NCBI GenBank assembly: GCA_038087875.1
Contig: CM075989.1
Span: 17,424,001-17,488,000, forward strand
From: Malacoraja senta
Lineage: Eukaryota
Direction: 5' to 3'
DNA: 64,000 bases
Positions within the stretch are counted from its first letter, which is position 1. Each line of letters starts with the position of its first letter. This document shows positions 26,601 to 41,600 of this stretch, one piece after another. The translations under genes and the position numbers were made by a program. Below the pieces are notes generated by a model. That model was not told the origin of the DNA and did no database searches. It saw only the letters and a list, made by a program, of their open reading frames with translations.

Positions 26601-29600
26601 AAGTTCTGTCTATTAAGTTGAGTCCCAGTGATGTCTCTCTCCACATAAGGAATATGTTCAACATTGGTTTCTCATCTCAGAACCTGTAGGGAAAGAATTT
26701 GAATTGTGGAGTAATTCCCTCTGGTGATTTTAATTCTTTGCTTGCATAATTTGTAGTGTTTTAAGCATATCCTTGATGGAATAACCTACACTGGTCAAGA
26801 AGTGGTGGGCAACTTTGAAGGTACATAAAGGGGAATGCAGAGACCAGCAGGAGATCTAGGCTGCACAACAGCTGGGAAACGGCTCCTCCTCTAACCTCGT
26901 ACTGTATCCGTTGATCTCGGTGTGGACTCCTGTATATCAGCGAGACCAAGCGCAGACCTGGCAATCATTTCGCTGACTACCTACGTTCATTCCGCCTTGT
27001 CCTATGCTATCTCCTGGTTGCAAAAAATCTTAACTTCCCTTCCCCTTCCCATACTGAAGTTTCTGTCCTGGGCCTCTTCCATTGTCAGAGTGAGGCCACA
27101 TGCAAATTGGAGGAACAGTACCTTGTATTTCGCTTGGGCAGCTTACAACCCAGCGGTATGATGTTGATTCTCTAACTTCAAGTAACCCTTGCATTCCCTC
27201 TCTCTCTCTCTCTCCCCCTCCACCACCCTAGTCATCCTGATAGTTCCACTGTTTGCATAATCACTTTGTTATTACCTCTTCCACAGCCAACAATGGACCA
27301 TTGTGGGCTCCACCTTTCCTTGGTCATCAGTGCCGGCTCTGATTTGTTCTGAACGTTTCATGCCTATAGTTCCTTTCTCCCCTGACTCTGTTTGAAGAAG
27401 GGTCTCGACCCAAAACATCACCTATACCTTTTCTCCAGAGATGCTGCCTGACCCGCTGAGTTACTCAACATTTTGTGTCTATCTTCGTAAGTTTATCACA
27501 GCAGGGGCTTGGTGATGAAGCAATCCTCAAACAAATCGGAAGATGGGGCCCAACCCGAAGCGTCACCTATCCATGTCCCCCAGACATGATCCCTGACCCG
27601 CTGAGTTACTCCGGCACTGTGTGTCTTTTGTAAGCCAGCACCTGCAGTTTCTTAAGTTTACAATCTCTTCTGTTCCTATTGATGTTGCAGACCGATGTTG
27701 AAGGCAGAAAGGTTCCCACCCTGGTGAAGGCACTGAGAAACCAACGTGTGCGGGATGCTGTGCTGGGTCCCTCACACACCATTGTACTGGTGGAGCCAGG
27801 AAATATCTATACCTTTGGGAGGAACACAGAGGGACAGCTTGGCACGGGCAACACTAAACCCTATAAAGTGCCTGTGCATGTGAAGCAACTGCTGCATAAA
27901 ACCATCACTGTAGGTATTAATTTAAACCAGAGTTATGAATTTGTTTTGCATTGAAAGATCTTTATCTTTGGTAGTGTAAGTGCTTTATAAAAAATAAATA
28001 TCATTAGAATAAATAACATTTTCAGGCTGTGGTTGGCTTCTCGTATCCATTCTGTTATCCATAACTCAAGCCCATGTGTTGCATCAGAATTAAACATAAC
28101 TGCCTAGGTAGTAGAATTCACCATCGGTCCATAAAACAAATGCCATATTTAGACCAAACACTCAGCTGAGCGATCTTCAAAAAAAGTGACAGATATGGGG
28201 AAAGTTTCACCCTGATAGCTGCATTAAAACAAGAATTTGGTTTAGTTTAGATATACAGAGTGGAAACAGGCCCACCGAGTCCACGCTGACCATCGATCAC
28301 CCCTGCACTAGTCCTATGTTTTCCCACCGGCATCCTACACAGTAGGGGCATTTTACAGAAGCCAATTAATCTACAAACCGGCACGTCTTTGGAATGTGGA
28401 AGGAAACCAGAGCTCCTGGAGAAAACTCACGTGGTCACAAGGAGAATTTACAAACTGTATAGACCGCACCCGTAGTCGGGATCGAACCTGGGTCTCTGAT
28501 GCTGTCAGGCAGCAACTCTCGCACTGCACCACTGTGTTCTCCGGCCATGTGCAGTCATTGCATGCTGGGTTCAGGTTTGCCTCCTCAGATGTCCAAGATA
28601 ATTTTTTATAGAGAATATATATTTCTCATATGTATTTGCAACATAGAAACAAGCCACATGGCCCATCTGTTTTATCCTGGCTGGCACAACAATCTCATCG
28701 GTCCCATTGCCCTATTTCATTTCTGTAGACCATTCTTGTTAATGTGCCCATCACTTCCCCACTGACTTTCCTGTCACCCACCTACTTACTGGTCAGGGGC
28801 AATTTCACACCCAGACTAATCAACCAGCATGTCTTTGGATTGCGGGAGGAAACGGGAGCACCCAGGGAATAACCTGAAACATGCAAACTCCACACGGGCA
28901 GCCTCAGAAGTCAGGATCAAACCTGAATCACGAGATCTGTGCAACAACAACAAAACCTGCTATGGCACAATCTCACTGAATTGCTAGTTGAATCGTGTGC
29001 CCTCTAAGTAGGAGGGTTGTATGATCTATGTGCTCATTCAGACAGATAGTCCAAGGTATTCCTCATTGTAGCATCCTGCCTGCCTCATTCTTACCGATAA
29101 TAACTTCTCAATCTTGCCAAAAGAATCCATTTTAATGGAATTTTGGATTATTATAAATGTAAATACTTATTTTACAAAATAGATTAGTCCCCCTTAACAT
29201 CGGATAATTGTTTTGTCCATTTTAAATTCAAGATGAATATATTAAAGGACACAAAACAATCAGCAATCAGCAGCACAAATTATTCTATGTTTGGAAAGCA
29301 TTTAATTTATTTTCTCAATAATGGTTTCATGCATCATTTCATGAAAATGATTTCAGTCATAGTGAAGCTCAATGTTTCTGTTCTGCAGAGTAAGTTCAAT
29401 TTTAAAGGAAAGATATGGAGATGGCTTATTGTACAAAGGAACCATCAGTGGGAATAGGATGTGATACTTTGACCTGCTCTGCCTGGAGTTACAACATGCC
29501 TGATTCTACGCCTCAACCATTTTACACCAAATCCATTTCTGATTCCCTTCCGACCCAAAAAATCTATTGTTCTATTGGGGCAAAATTGATTGATCAAAAT

Positions 29601-32600
29601 GCATGAATATACACAGGAACCAGGCATACGTGACCTAGAAGAGACTGAATACTCAGAAACCTCTCATTCCCTCCCATCCTTATTCTAGTCTTACGTGGCT
29701 GATATCCTGCCCTTTGGGTTTGCACTCTGCAGCTTCTCAGCATTTATCTTGTCAGTCTATTTGAAAATTGTTAATATCGAGCTCATGGATTACGATATTA
29801 ACCTCAATGAGAAGAGAAAATGGCAGGTATTTGCCATTGATGTTCAATCAATTTGCAATTGACCTGTGGCATAAAAATATCAACTAATTGAGTAGAGTTT
29901 GATTTAGACCAGATCTCTGTGGTTGAGTTGAAATCATATTTCATTTTGGAGCACTTATGGGTGGCACAGTGGTGGAGTTAGTGGAATTATGTTCAGTCCT
30001 GAACTCTGGTGCTGTGTGTGTGGAGTTTGCATATTTCCGTTGGTGGCTGAATGGATTTCCTCCAAGTGCCTTGTTTTACTCCCACTTCTCAAGGATACGC
30101 TGGTTGTCCAATGTGAGTTGCCCCGAGGTGAGTGGTGGAATCTGGGAAATGTTGGGAATATGAGGACAATGAAATGGGGTTAGTGTGGGATTAACATAAA
30201 TGGGAAAATGATGGTCAGCAAAAGGATCTGTGTGCATACTGTATGACTCCTCTCAGTCCTTCCATTATAAAGTGGAGTGAAAGCCTGAGTTGTGCAGAAT
30301 GATTCAACGTGTACAAAAGAATCGATGGTAAAGTTTATGACAAAACCAAATTTGAGAGCACAGCAGACAGTGAGTAAGGATATACAGTGGCTTGCAAAAG
30401 TTTTCATACGCCTTGAACTTTTCCACATTTTGTCACGTTACAACCACAAACGTAAATGTATTTTATTGGGATTTTATGTGATAGACCAACACAAAGTGGT
30501 GCATAATTGTGAAGTGGAAGGAAAATGATACATGGATTTCAAATTTTTTTACAAATAAAAAACTGAAAAGTGTCGTGTGCAAAAGTATTCAGCCCCCCTG
30601 AGTCAATACTTTGTAGAACCACCTTTCGCTGCAATTACAGCTGCAAGTCTTTTGGGGTATGTCTCTACCAGCTTTGCTCATCTAGAGACTGAAATTTTTG
30701 CCCATTCTTCTTTGCAAAATAGCTCAAGCTCAGTCAGATTGGATGGAGAGCGTCTGTGAACAGCAATTTTCAAGTCTTGCCAGAGATTCTCAATTGGATT
30801 TAGGTCTGGACTTTGACTGGGCCATTCTAACACATGAATATGCTTTGCTCTAAACCATTCCATTGTAGCTCTGGCTGTATGTTTAGGGTCGTTGTCCTGC
30901 TGGAAGGTGAATCTCTGCCCCAGTCTCAAGTCTTTTGCAGACTCTAACAGGTTTTCTTCCAAGATTGCCCTGTATTTGGCTCCATCCATCTTCCCATCAA
31001 CTCTGACCAGCTTCCCTGTCCCTGCTGAAGAAAAGCATCCCCACAGCATGATGCTGCCACCACCATGTTTCACAGTGGGGATGGTGTGTTCAGGGTGATG
31101 TGCAGTGTTAGGTTTCCGCCACACATAGCGTTTTGCATTTAGGCCAAAAACTTCAATTTTGGTCTCATCTGACCAGAGCACCTTCCTCCACATGTTTGCT
31201 GTGTCCCCCACATGGCTTGTGGCAAACTGCAAACGGGACTTCTTATGGCTTTTTTTCAACAATGGCTTTCTTCTTGCCACTCTTCCATAAAGGCCCGATT
31301 TATGGAGTGCACGACTAATAGTTGTCCTGTGGACAGATTCTCCCACCTGAGCTGTGGAACTCTGCAGCTCCTCCAGAGTTACCATGGGCCTCTTGGCTGC
31401 TTCTCTGATCAATGCTCTCCTTGCCCGGCCTGTCAGTTTAGGTGGACGGCCATGTCTTGGTAGGTTTGCAGTTGTGCCATACTCTTTCCATTTTCGGATG
31501 ATGGATTGAACAGTGCTCCGTGAGATGTTCAAAGCTTGGGATATTTGTTTATAACCTAACCCTGCTTTAAACTTCTCCACAACTTTATCCCTGACCTGTC
31601 TGGTGTGTTCCTTGGGCTTCATGATGCTGTTTGTTCACTAATGTTCTCTAACAAACCTCTGAGGCCTTCACAGAACAGCTGTATTTATACTGAGATTAGA
31701 TTACACACGTGGACTCTATTTACTAATTAGGTGACTTCTGAAGGCAATTGGTTGCACTGGATTTTATTTAGGGGTATCAGAGTAAAGGGGGCTGAATACT
31801 TTTGCACACGACACTTTTCAGTTTTTTATTTGTAAAAAAATTTGAAAACCATGTATCATTTTCCTTCCACTTCACAATTATGCGCCACTTTGTGTTGGTC
31901 TATCACATAAAATCCCAATAAAATACATTTACGTTTGTGGTTGTAACGTGACAAAATGTGGAAAAGTTCAAGAGGTATGAATACTTTTGCAAGCCACTGT
32001 ATATTTGCAGGAGGACATGGACAGGATAGTAAATTGGCCAGGACATTGGCAGATACAGTTAAGGAGAGTGAGTAATCAACAAGGTGACAGATGCTAGATT
32101 ATCAGTGGTAAAGAGCAAAGGAAGATGCAAAAATACTCCTCATGTGAGATTATTAGGTTATGGAGCAATTAGTGCTAGATTAAAAAAATATGGGAAAGGA
32201 CAGATCCCTTGACAACAAAAAGGCCTCCACTGTGATGTAAATTTTGTAAAATGAATGTATTGCTCATTAACACTTTGAAAGTTAATACTTTCTGTAATAA
32301 ATTGCATTAATAAATTACGTGATGCTTTTCTATTTCCTGTGTTATATACAAGCCTGCTTCTCTTTGATGTACGGAGGGATCTTGGGATGCAAGTCCATAG
32401 GTTCCTGAAAATGGCAACACGTAGAAAGGATGGCAATGAGAGCGTAGGCATGTTTGCCTTGATTGGTTGGGGCGTTAAGTATAAAATTAAAGAAGTATTG
32501 TTGTAGCTAAATAAAAACTTGGTTGAGTCACATTTGAAGTATTGTGTGTATGTTCTGGTTGCTACATTACAGGAAGGATGTGATGGCTTTGGAGAGGGTG

Positions 32601-35600
32601 CAGAAGAGATTCAGCAGGACTTTGCTTGGATTAGAGAGTGTTAGCTACATGGAGAGGTTGGACAAACTTGTCTTCTCTGGAGTATCAGAGGCTGATCGGC
32701 GATTCTACATAAGGATATAAAACAATGAGAGACATAGTAGATAAGGTAAAAATAGCTAGAATCTTTATCACAGGATGGAAACGTCAAATACTAAAGAGTG
32801 TATGTTTATGGTCAGAGAGGGAAAGTTGAAAGGAGATGTGCTGGGCTAGGTTTTTACACAAAGAGTGGTGGGTGCCTGGAACATGCTGCAACAAATATGA
32901 TAGTGGCATTTAGTGGAGCTTTTAGATAATCACATCGACATGCAGGGAATGGAGAGATTTGGATTACATGCAGGTAGAGGAGATAGCTTAATTTTGCAAC
33001 ATGTTTGGCACAGACATGGTGCGGAAGCTTAACATTATTGCACAGTACGTAGAGAGCATTGGTGTTCATCGCAGTATAGAATGTCCAAAGACATCGTAGG
33101 GTAGAAAAAACAGCATTCTGCTGTGTGGACATTTTCTACTGGAAAGAACATTGGTACTGTCCACATATTTAATTGCTGTGTTCAAACTCAACTTGTACGA
33201 TTCAACACACTCTAAATTGTCCCTAGTATGTGTGGGCTTGTGTTAACGTGCAGGGATCGCTGGTCGGTGTGGACTCGGTGGGCCGAAGGGCCTGTTTCGA
33301 CGCTATCTCTAAACTAAACTAATCATGCATAACGTGTGAGGGAATTCCGACATACTTTACTCCGAATCAAGCGTTGGAATACTATAATATGGTATTACAC
33401 CCTCGTGCAGGGGCCGGTTAAAGAGCTGTGTACTGGTTCACAGGAGGGTAATTTCAGAGCCTTTGTGTCTCTCTCACTTTCTTTCAGATGATCAGCTGTG
33501 GAGAGACATTCAGCGTTGCTGGAACAGACGATAATAATATCCTCTTCTGGGGCACTAAGTCCAGGTCGGTACTCTCCCACAACCCATCGAGTGTAGTCAC
33601 AGTGTATCGGACAAGTGCTTCTGCCAGCGCAGCATCACCTTCAAAGCCCCTTATTGGAACTGCCAGTCACAAACAAAGTGAGAAACATGGTGAAAATGAA
33701 AAGCAGCTTGTGGGAATCAGTACCGCCAAACCTCCTGATGACGAACCAGAACCACCACATTCACAGGTTAGCTTCTATTACCTCGTGAGAATGTATCGCA
33801 TATCTTTATTTAACTGTGCCTCAAACCATTGCAACTAACAGTAGCAATATCTGATTCTTCCGAATTGTAAGAGCTCCATCTATACTATTGTTAACTATGG
33901 ATGACATTGGTTATAATGTGATGTGCTCTCTCCTGCAGAAGGACAATAGTTGGTCAAAAGCTGTTTCACTGGACGAGCGCATGACATCAATTAAAGGCCA
34001 GAGGAAAGCTATGAGAGGTGATTTGTTGAATGCACTATGACCACTGCCAATTGATTTGAACTGCCTCCGATTTTTACCACAAGTCTCAATATTGTTTATT
34101 CTTCACCTTGAATCAAGTATTCGAGATTTCATCAGAAACATGAATATGTTGATCAGATGAAAATGCAAGAAAGTTTTGCATATGCGTGTGTACTGAAATA
34201 CCAAGTCTAAATTCTACCTAAACGAGTGTGTCATCTACTTGCTGCAGTGAATTCAGTATGATTGTTCCTTTCCATAAACGATTAATCCAAGTAAAATTCT
34301 CGTGATATATTTGGTAATTCGGGCCATACCATCGACAGACGACAGCAGACACAGTTGATGGAAGGTTGGGCCTGTTGCCATCTCAGTTGTGATGCACTTT
34401 GATACATACTTGGGACTATTTTAAAGACTTCCTGGATGTCACGTGTAATGACGTGCTATATGCTGTAATGACTTGCTAATGTCTGTTATAAATATGAGCC
34501 AACTATCTGATCAAGGCTGTCAGCATCATGTTCCGATAGGTTACGGCCTTTCCTCTAGTCCTGCTGGCTTCCCTCATTCTATTCTCCATGAACGTAAGCT
34601 CTTCCAATCCTCTGCTGTCCATATTCTAAGCTATACTGCATTCAGTCCCCACAACATCCCTGTGCTTTTTGACTAACTTGGCTTGTTTAAGTTAGTCTTG
34701 TTTTAAAATTGTCATTCTTGTTACTTTTTAAATTCCTCTATGGTTTCAAACCCCATCCCTGCCCTTATCATGTAATCTTCTCCAGCCTAGCATTATTCTG
34801 AGATGTCTGCAATCTGATTCCATTCTCTTGCTCATCCCTGAATGTAATTGTCCCATCACTGGACGTAAGGCCATCACTTTCCAAAACCCTAAGCATGAGA
34901 GTTCATTTCCTAAGGCGCGCATCCTTTCCATCTCTCTGTTTTCATTCCAAATACATTTTACTATCTTTCTCTTTGCCGACACTTTTGACCATAGAGATAT
35001 ACTGCATGGAAACAAACCCTTTGGCCCAACTCGTCCACGCCTACCAAGATACCCATCTATGCAAGTTTCATTTGCCTGCATTTGACCCACATCGCTCTAA
35101 ACCTTTCCTATTCATGTACCTGTCCAAATTTATTTTAAATGCAGCTATTAAATCTGCTTTATATGTTATTTGACATCAACCTTTACTTGATAAAGGTTCT
35201 TTGGGTCATGTTGTAACATTACAGGTGATATATAAATGGAAGTTGATTTTGATGTTTCAGTTTCAACGTATTGTCATTGCCTTGGCTACACTCAAATAAA
35301 GGTCACTGGTTAACCGCACAACACACCTCCATACTCCCTCAGCCACATTAGATTCACCTGTGTTTGGGTTTTTTTCATTGTTTTTCGTCTCCACTTCCCC
35401 AGTTCAAGCAGATCCATGCACATTCAACCTCCTTGTGTATCCCTCTTAATACTAAACCTATTTATTATAAACTCCTTGAAGTTTTCCTCTAATTGACAAA
35501 CATACAGTCACGGATGCAAACATATCCAGTCATTGCCACATATTAAAGCTGCCAATGCGCCACATAACATGGTGTTAAATTACTTTAGGTTGAGCATAGA

Positions 35601-38600
35601 GTTACATTATGGTGTTAATCTTATCCAAATATATTTAATCAGTTTCAACATTATTCTTAGTTCTTATATAAAATGTTGTGTGAATTTAAAGCTAATAAGC
35701 ATTTGAATTCCTTCTTTAGATCAACTAGAAACCACCCCTGGGAGCATTCGGTCTGAGTGTAAGAATCTGCAAGAATCCGCCGGTTCAAAACCAAACACTT
35801 TTGGGAGTGAGAACAGCCTTCAGGAAGGAGAAAGTAGCCATCTGGTTCCTGTTGCTATCGTGTCTTTGAAGCAGAACTTGCAGGACCATGCTGATGTGTG
35901 TGCGCCCTGTCTCAGGAGTATTGTCTGTAACAGGGAGAGCATCTATGTCCTTGTGGAGGGCACGGATCCACCTTGTCACAAGCCCGCCAGGAAGTATCGG
36001 AGCTTTCGAAAGCGTGGAAACCGTGAGCAAGGACGTACCCTTCATTATTCCCACTCCAGCAATGAAGCTGAAGATGAGTACACGAGCTCCGAGATGTCCG
36101 AGCTGGAGACCAGTAACTTTATCCCAACATGGATTAGAAATGAACTGAATGATGCAGTCCCGATGGAAGCACGGGGAGATGAGAGGGGCAATGAAACTGG
36201 TACCATCGCCACCCCAGCCAGCACAACAGCAGCACACTGGAGCCCCATGGGCAAAATCAACAAAGAGGGGACCATTGCACCAGCTAAAAAGGAGGTAGTC
36301 GTAGCTTTGAAAAAGCCAAGTGGTAACGGAAGTTTAGCAAAACACAGCAACGTCTCCACGTCAGGAAGTTCAGATGGACATCCAATCTCCATCAAACCAC
36401 AGATTGCCAGAGATAAAGATGGACGTGGGGAACGTGGTGAGACAGGCCTGATTAAAACCATTATAACAGCCTAAATTTCTAACCACAGCCCTAGAATGAT
36501 GTACCAACTCAGAAATGCCTTCATTGATCAGCATTACCTTGTCGGCCACACCTTTTGATTTAATTAGCAACTCCAATCTGAGCAGCAAAATGGAAAGGCT
36601 CAAATCAAATAGGCACAGTAACCCGGGTCTCCCTCCATTATGTTACTTCATTCATAATCATCATCAATTTGGAGGCGTACTAGTGGCAGATTGTCCTTAA
36701 TTGTCCCTTTGAAACATCATTGAAACTTACTGAATAGTGAAATGCTTGGATAGAGTGGATGTGGAGAGGATGTTTCCACTAGTGGGAGAGTCTAGACTAG
36801 AGGTCATAGCCTCAGAATTATGGGTGTTTTAGGAAGGAGATGAGGAGAAATTACTTTAGTCAGAGGGTGGTGAATCTCTGGAATACTTTGCCACAGAAGG
36901 CTGTGGAGGCCGTCGGATATTTTTAAGGTAAACAGATAGATAGATTTGTGATTAGTGTAAGGGGTCAGAGGTTATGGGGAGAAGGCAAGAGAATGGGGTT
37001 AGGAGGGAGAGATAGATCAGCCATGATTGAATGGCAGAGTAGACTTGATGGGTCGAATGGCCTAATTCTACTCCATATGACCTTTGTGTCGAAGTTTTTG
37101 GGCTGAAATTACTCAAACCGTATTAAAATAAAAGTAGAATATAATTCAGCACATCTGGCAGAATCTGTGCTCAGAGAAGCAGAAAGGTCCAGTTTACAAC
37201 GATTTTCATTTAAATAAAATAATAGTTCACATACTGCAGATGGGAGACTATTCTTTTTTTTTAAATGAGGTAAGTGTGAATCTCGACTGTTTTTTAGAAT
37301 TTAAACGTCCATAAGAGCAGGGAAATCCACGTAATTCTGGGTGGATTTGAAGTTGATTGGAGAAAACCAAAGGTGGGTGTCTTTACTGCAACCAGGCTCA
37401 CCCCCTTGAATGTTTTTTATTGAAGAATCCCTTGGTCTATGATTGACCCGCGATCTTAGTGCAAACAATTCGGTAGCACAGGTGTCCATTGCTCCAACAA
37501 CAAAGGACTTTCAGTGGAGTGAGCTTGATCAGTTGCTGAAATATCTTTTCCAAAATCCAGTGCTGATTTATGCTAGATCTAGACGAGTGGCTTTCCAGAC
37601 AAAATTGGCAAATAAGCAAATATGCAGAGTGAAGTAGGGCTGTTCTTGTACCATTTTTATGCCTGCAACACCATAAATGTACTAGTATAACAATAAATAG
37701 TATGTCAACTAGAATGTCAACATTTAAGAAACATTTTGAACGGAGACGAGGAAACACTTTTTCTCACAGAGAGTGGTGAGTCTGTGAAATTCTCTGAGAG
37801 GGCGGTGGAGGCAGGTTCTCTGGATGCTTTCAAGACAGAGCTAGATAGGGCTCTTAAAAATAGCAGAGTCAGGGGATATGGGGAGAAGGCAGGAATGGGG
37901 GACAGATTAGGGATGATCAGCCATGATCATATTGAATGGCGGTGCTGGCTCGAAGGGCCGAATCGCCTATTCCTGCACCTATTGTCTATTGTCTATTTAG
38001 ACAAGTACTTGGATAGGTCAAATTTAGAAGAATATGAGCCAAACGTAGGCAGGTGGGACTAATGTAGATAGAACAGTGTGGGCAAGTTGGACCAAAAGGC
38101 CTCTTTCCACACTGTAAGGCTTTATGACTATAGATAGAAGTGAGAATAGAGAATTATCCACACCATCTACCTGAGCCTCGGTTGGACAGGAATCTGACCC
38201 AACCTTAAAATTGGCAGCTGCAGAATCATTCCGTGAAGCTAACTGATAGGAGAACTAGAAATCTCATGATGTTATGGTGGGAAATGTAGGCAGGTGTTAA
38301 CGGGCAATGTCATTGTGCTACAGGTAATCTAGCAAGAGCTTTGCTTTGCTTTCATCCCTTATTGTACTTGACTCCTGAGCATTGGATGTTAATAGTGGTT
38401 GACAAGAATGTAAGAATGTTCTATACCCACCCCCCCTTCTCCTCCAGAAATGACATTTCTCACTTGAGAGAGTGGTAAATTAGACAAAATGCCACAGAAA
38501 AGAGTAAAAGTAGCAGCTGTAGCTCAGGAAACCCCTGGGCTCACTGCTTGCGGAAGGTGGAGTGGGGGTCTTAAGCTATTAAACTGCACACCGGTCTATG

Positions 38601-41600
38601 ATTGGATCCTATAGATATTGTGCATCACAGATGGGCATTGTGAGTATCTCTGGGATTATTGGTATTTCTGACAAGCCTTGGGGAAGAGAGCTTTACAGGG
38701 CAAAGGGCAAAGGGCAAATCAGGGGTCATTGTGTTTAGTAAAGAACCAGCTCCTAAAATCTAACCACAATAAAACCAGTTCAAACCTTACAACATACAGA
38801 AGCTGTTGTCAGTGGCATGACAGGAAGAATATTATTGCAGATTTTAAGAAGCGAGTTTGGTTTGGAGAAGCTACAGGAGGCAGAGCTTGAATGCTCCAAC
38901 GTCCAAAGTTAAGATCAGCTTATTCCCCACTGGTGTTAGACTCCTGAATCAATTGCCCTTTATCACACCCCTGTCCCGAAAGTGCTGCAATGTACTCTTA
39001 TTCTTAACTCTACCTCACTCGGTTGCCCCATTATTGCACTTTAGTTTTTTTGCATTATTTCAAATTGCACAATGATCTTTGTGTCATTCTGCTCTTTTGC
39101 CTTCGTTGTTGCATCTATTATTGTTTCTATCATTGTTGTGTTTACTGTTTACAAGGAACAAGGAATTTATTTGCACCCTGGTGTATATGACAGTAATCTG
39201 AATGTGTAGTGATACATCATGGGATGGGAGGCAGTTTTCCTTCAGACAAGATTATGGTAAAGGCCTTGTAAACATTATGCAAAGATTTTTTGCATCTCCC
39301 ACTTCTTTCAGAATCAAAGTTACAATGAACAATTTTGGTGCAATGTCCAACAGTAGAAATTGAGCCCAAGCGCAGGCTCGGCGATCGTTTCACTGAACAC
39401 CTCCGCACAGTCTGCCTAAACTTACCTGATCTCCCAGTTGCTAACCACTTTAACTCCCCCTCCTATTCCCACACTGACATTTCTGTCCTGGGCCTCCTCC
39501 ACTGTCAGAGTGAGGCTCAGCGCAAATTGGAGGAACAGCACCTCATATTTTGCTTGGGCAGCTTACACCCCAGCGGTATGAATATTGACTTCCCTAACTT
39601 CAAGTAACCCTCCATCTAACACTCTCTCTCCATCCCTCCCCCTTACCAGTTCTCTGACCAGTCTGCCTGTTCCACTGATTGCATTTTATCTCTGCATGCT
39701 TTGTTGTCACCTTCTTCTAGCTAACAATGATCTATTCTACATTTTCCTTGAACTTCATCCCCTTTGATGTCTCGTTTTCATTCTTTACCCATCCTTATCT
39801 TTGTGTCTCCCTCTCCCCTGACTATCAGCCTGAAGAAGGGTCTCGACCCAAAATGTCAGCCATTTTTTCTATCCAGAGATGCTGCCTGCCCCGCTGAGTT
39901 ACTCCAGAATTTTGTGTCTACGGTAGAAATTTTCTCTTACTTATCCCTGAAGTGAAGGACGTGACTAGATTTGTAAAAGGGCATTTGTTGATTTAGATTA
40001 TTCTTGCACTAAATGTTGTACCCTTTATCCTTTATCTGTACACCATGGACAGCTTGGTTGTAATCATGTATAGTCTTTTCTTTGACTGGATAGATAGCAC
40101 ACCAAGTAAAGTTTTTCACTGTACCTCGGTGCACGTGATAATAATAAATTCAACTAAACTAAAGAATGCTTGTAAGTGGACCCTCAATTTCAAGTAACTT
40201 CAATAACTTCAAGTAACCTTTGCTTTCCCGCTCTCTCAATCCCTCCCCATCCTAGTTCTCCGATCCATTTGACTGTCCTCCTGGTGACATTTTACATTGT
40301 ATACCTCGTTGTCAGCTTCCCCTATTCTACATTTTCCTTGAAGTTCGATCCCTTTGATCTCTAATTTTCACACCTTACCCTTCCATATCTCTTGTTTCCC
40401 TCTCGCCTGCCTCTCAGTCTGAAGAAGGGTTTCGACCCGAAATGTCACCCATTCCTTCTACCCAGAGATGCTGCCTGTCCCGCTGAGTTACTCCAGCATT
40501 TTGTGTCTATCCTCGAGTTGATAACTTCACTTACACACACTCCATAGAAATAGTTAAGCCTTGTTAAATCTAGTTTGAAATGATGCCATTCTTCTGGATG
40601 ACAAATGTAAGTGAATTGTTTCAGAGCAAAAATATGCCGTTTAATCTTTAAAGTGCTGGAAGAGGCATAAGTTGGTAAAAAAAAATTACATTCTATTAAC
40701 AAGAGTTTCATTAATAAACATCCAACGGAATTAGTATTATCAATGAGGATGTGTGAACAGAATCCACTTCACTCACTTAAAACACAGAACTAGTTAAACC
40801 AAGGCCACTGACTTTGAGTGTGTGATGTAGGCTGAGCCCACTGAAGGTTTGAGGTGTTATTGTGTAATGTGTTCCAGCACTCTGGATGAGAAATGATTGC
40901 TCTTCCTTTGAACACAACATAGAGAGAGGCTGGTTTCTATTACATATTATTCATTATTGCTGTAACCTGCAGTTGTTAAATGGGTCTAATCTTCAAGTTG
41001 GTGCAAAACATATGGAAGAACTTGTTAAAACATGTTTGTGTTTCAATTATTTGTTCTCAGTACAAGATTTTTCTGTGTCCGCAAGCCGGAGGGGACATTA
41101 CCAAACTGAGGTGGATGTGGGCTCAATCTCAACTCAGGTATGTAGTTGGAATCCAGATGATCTCCAAGTGGCAAGATCTTGCACACATATATGACCATTC
41201 AATCCATTCATATTATGCTGGCTAAAATTGAGCCTTTCGGGGGGGTTTTCAGCACGGTGGCGCAGCAGTAGTGTTGCTGCCTTCCCGCATTATAGACCCC
41301 GGTTCAATCCTGACTACAGATGCTATCTATAGAGAGTTTGTATGTTCTCCCTGTGACCTCAAGGGTTTTCTCCGGGAGAATGTAATTGTAAATTGTCCCT
41401 AGTATGTAGGATAGTGTTCGGGGTTCGCTGGTCAGCGCGGACTCGGTGGGCTGAAGGGTCTGTTTCCGCGCTATATCTTTAAACCAGCTCTTTAAGTTCT
41501 CATGCAGTCATTTTTTAAAGGTGGGGGTTTACTTTTACCACCGTTCTAGGCAGGGAGTTTCACATCCCCAGTGCTCACTGAATGTAACACGTCTTCCTCA

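Noticed and set aside
36437..36474. Stop at 36472-36474 as the true end of the gene
   Set aside because: A good donor at 36436/36437 and five or more phase-compatible downstream exons, including the coiled coil, argue that the gene continues. An intron-retention isoform is not excluded.
35785..36603. Antisense ORFs of 77-150 aa over exon 16
   Set aside because: Shadow frames of the coding exon with no recognisable motifs.
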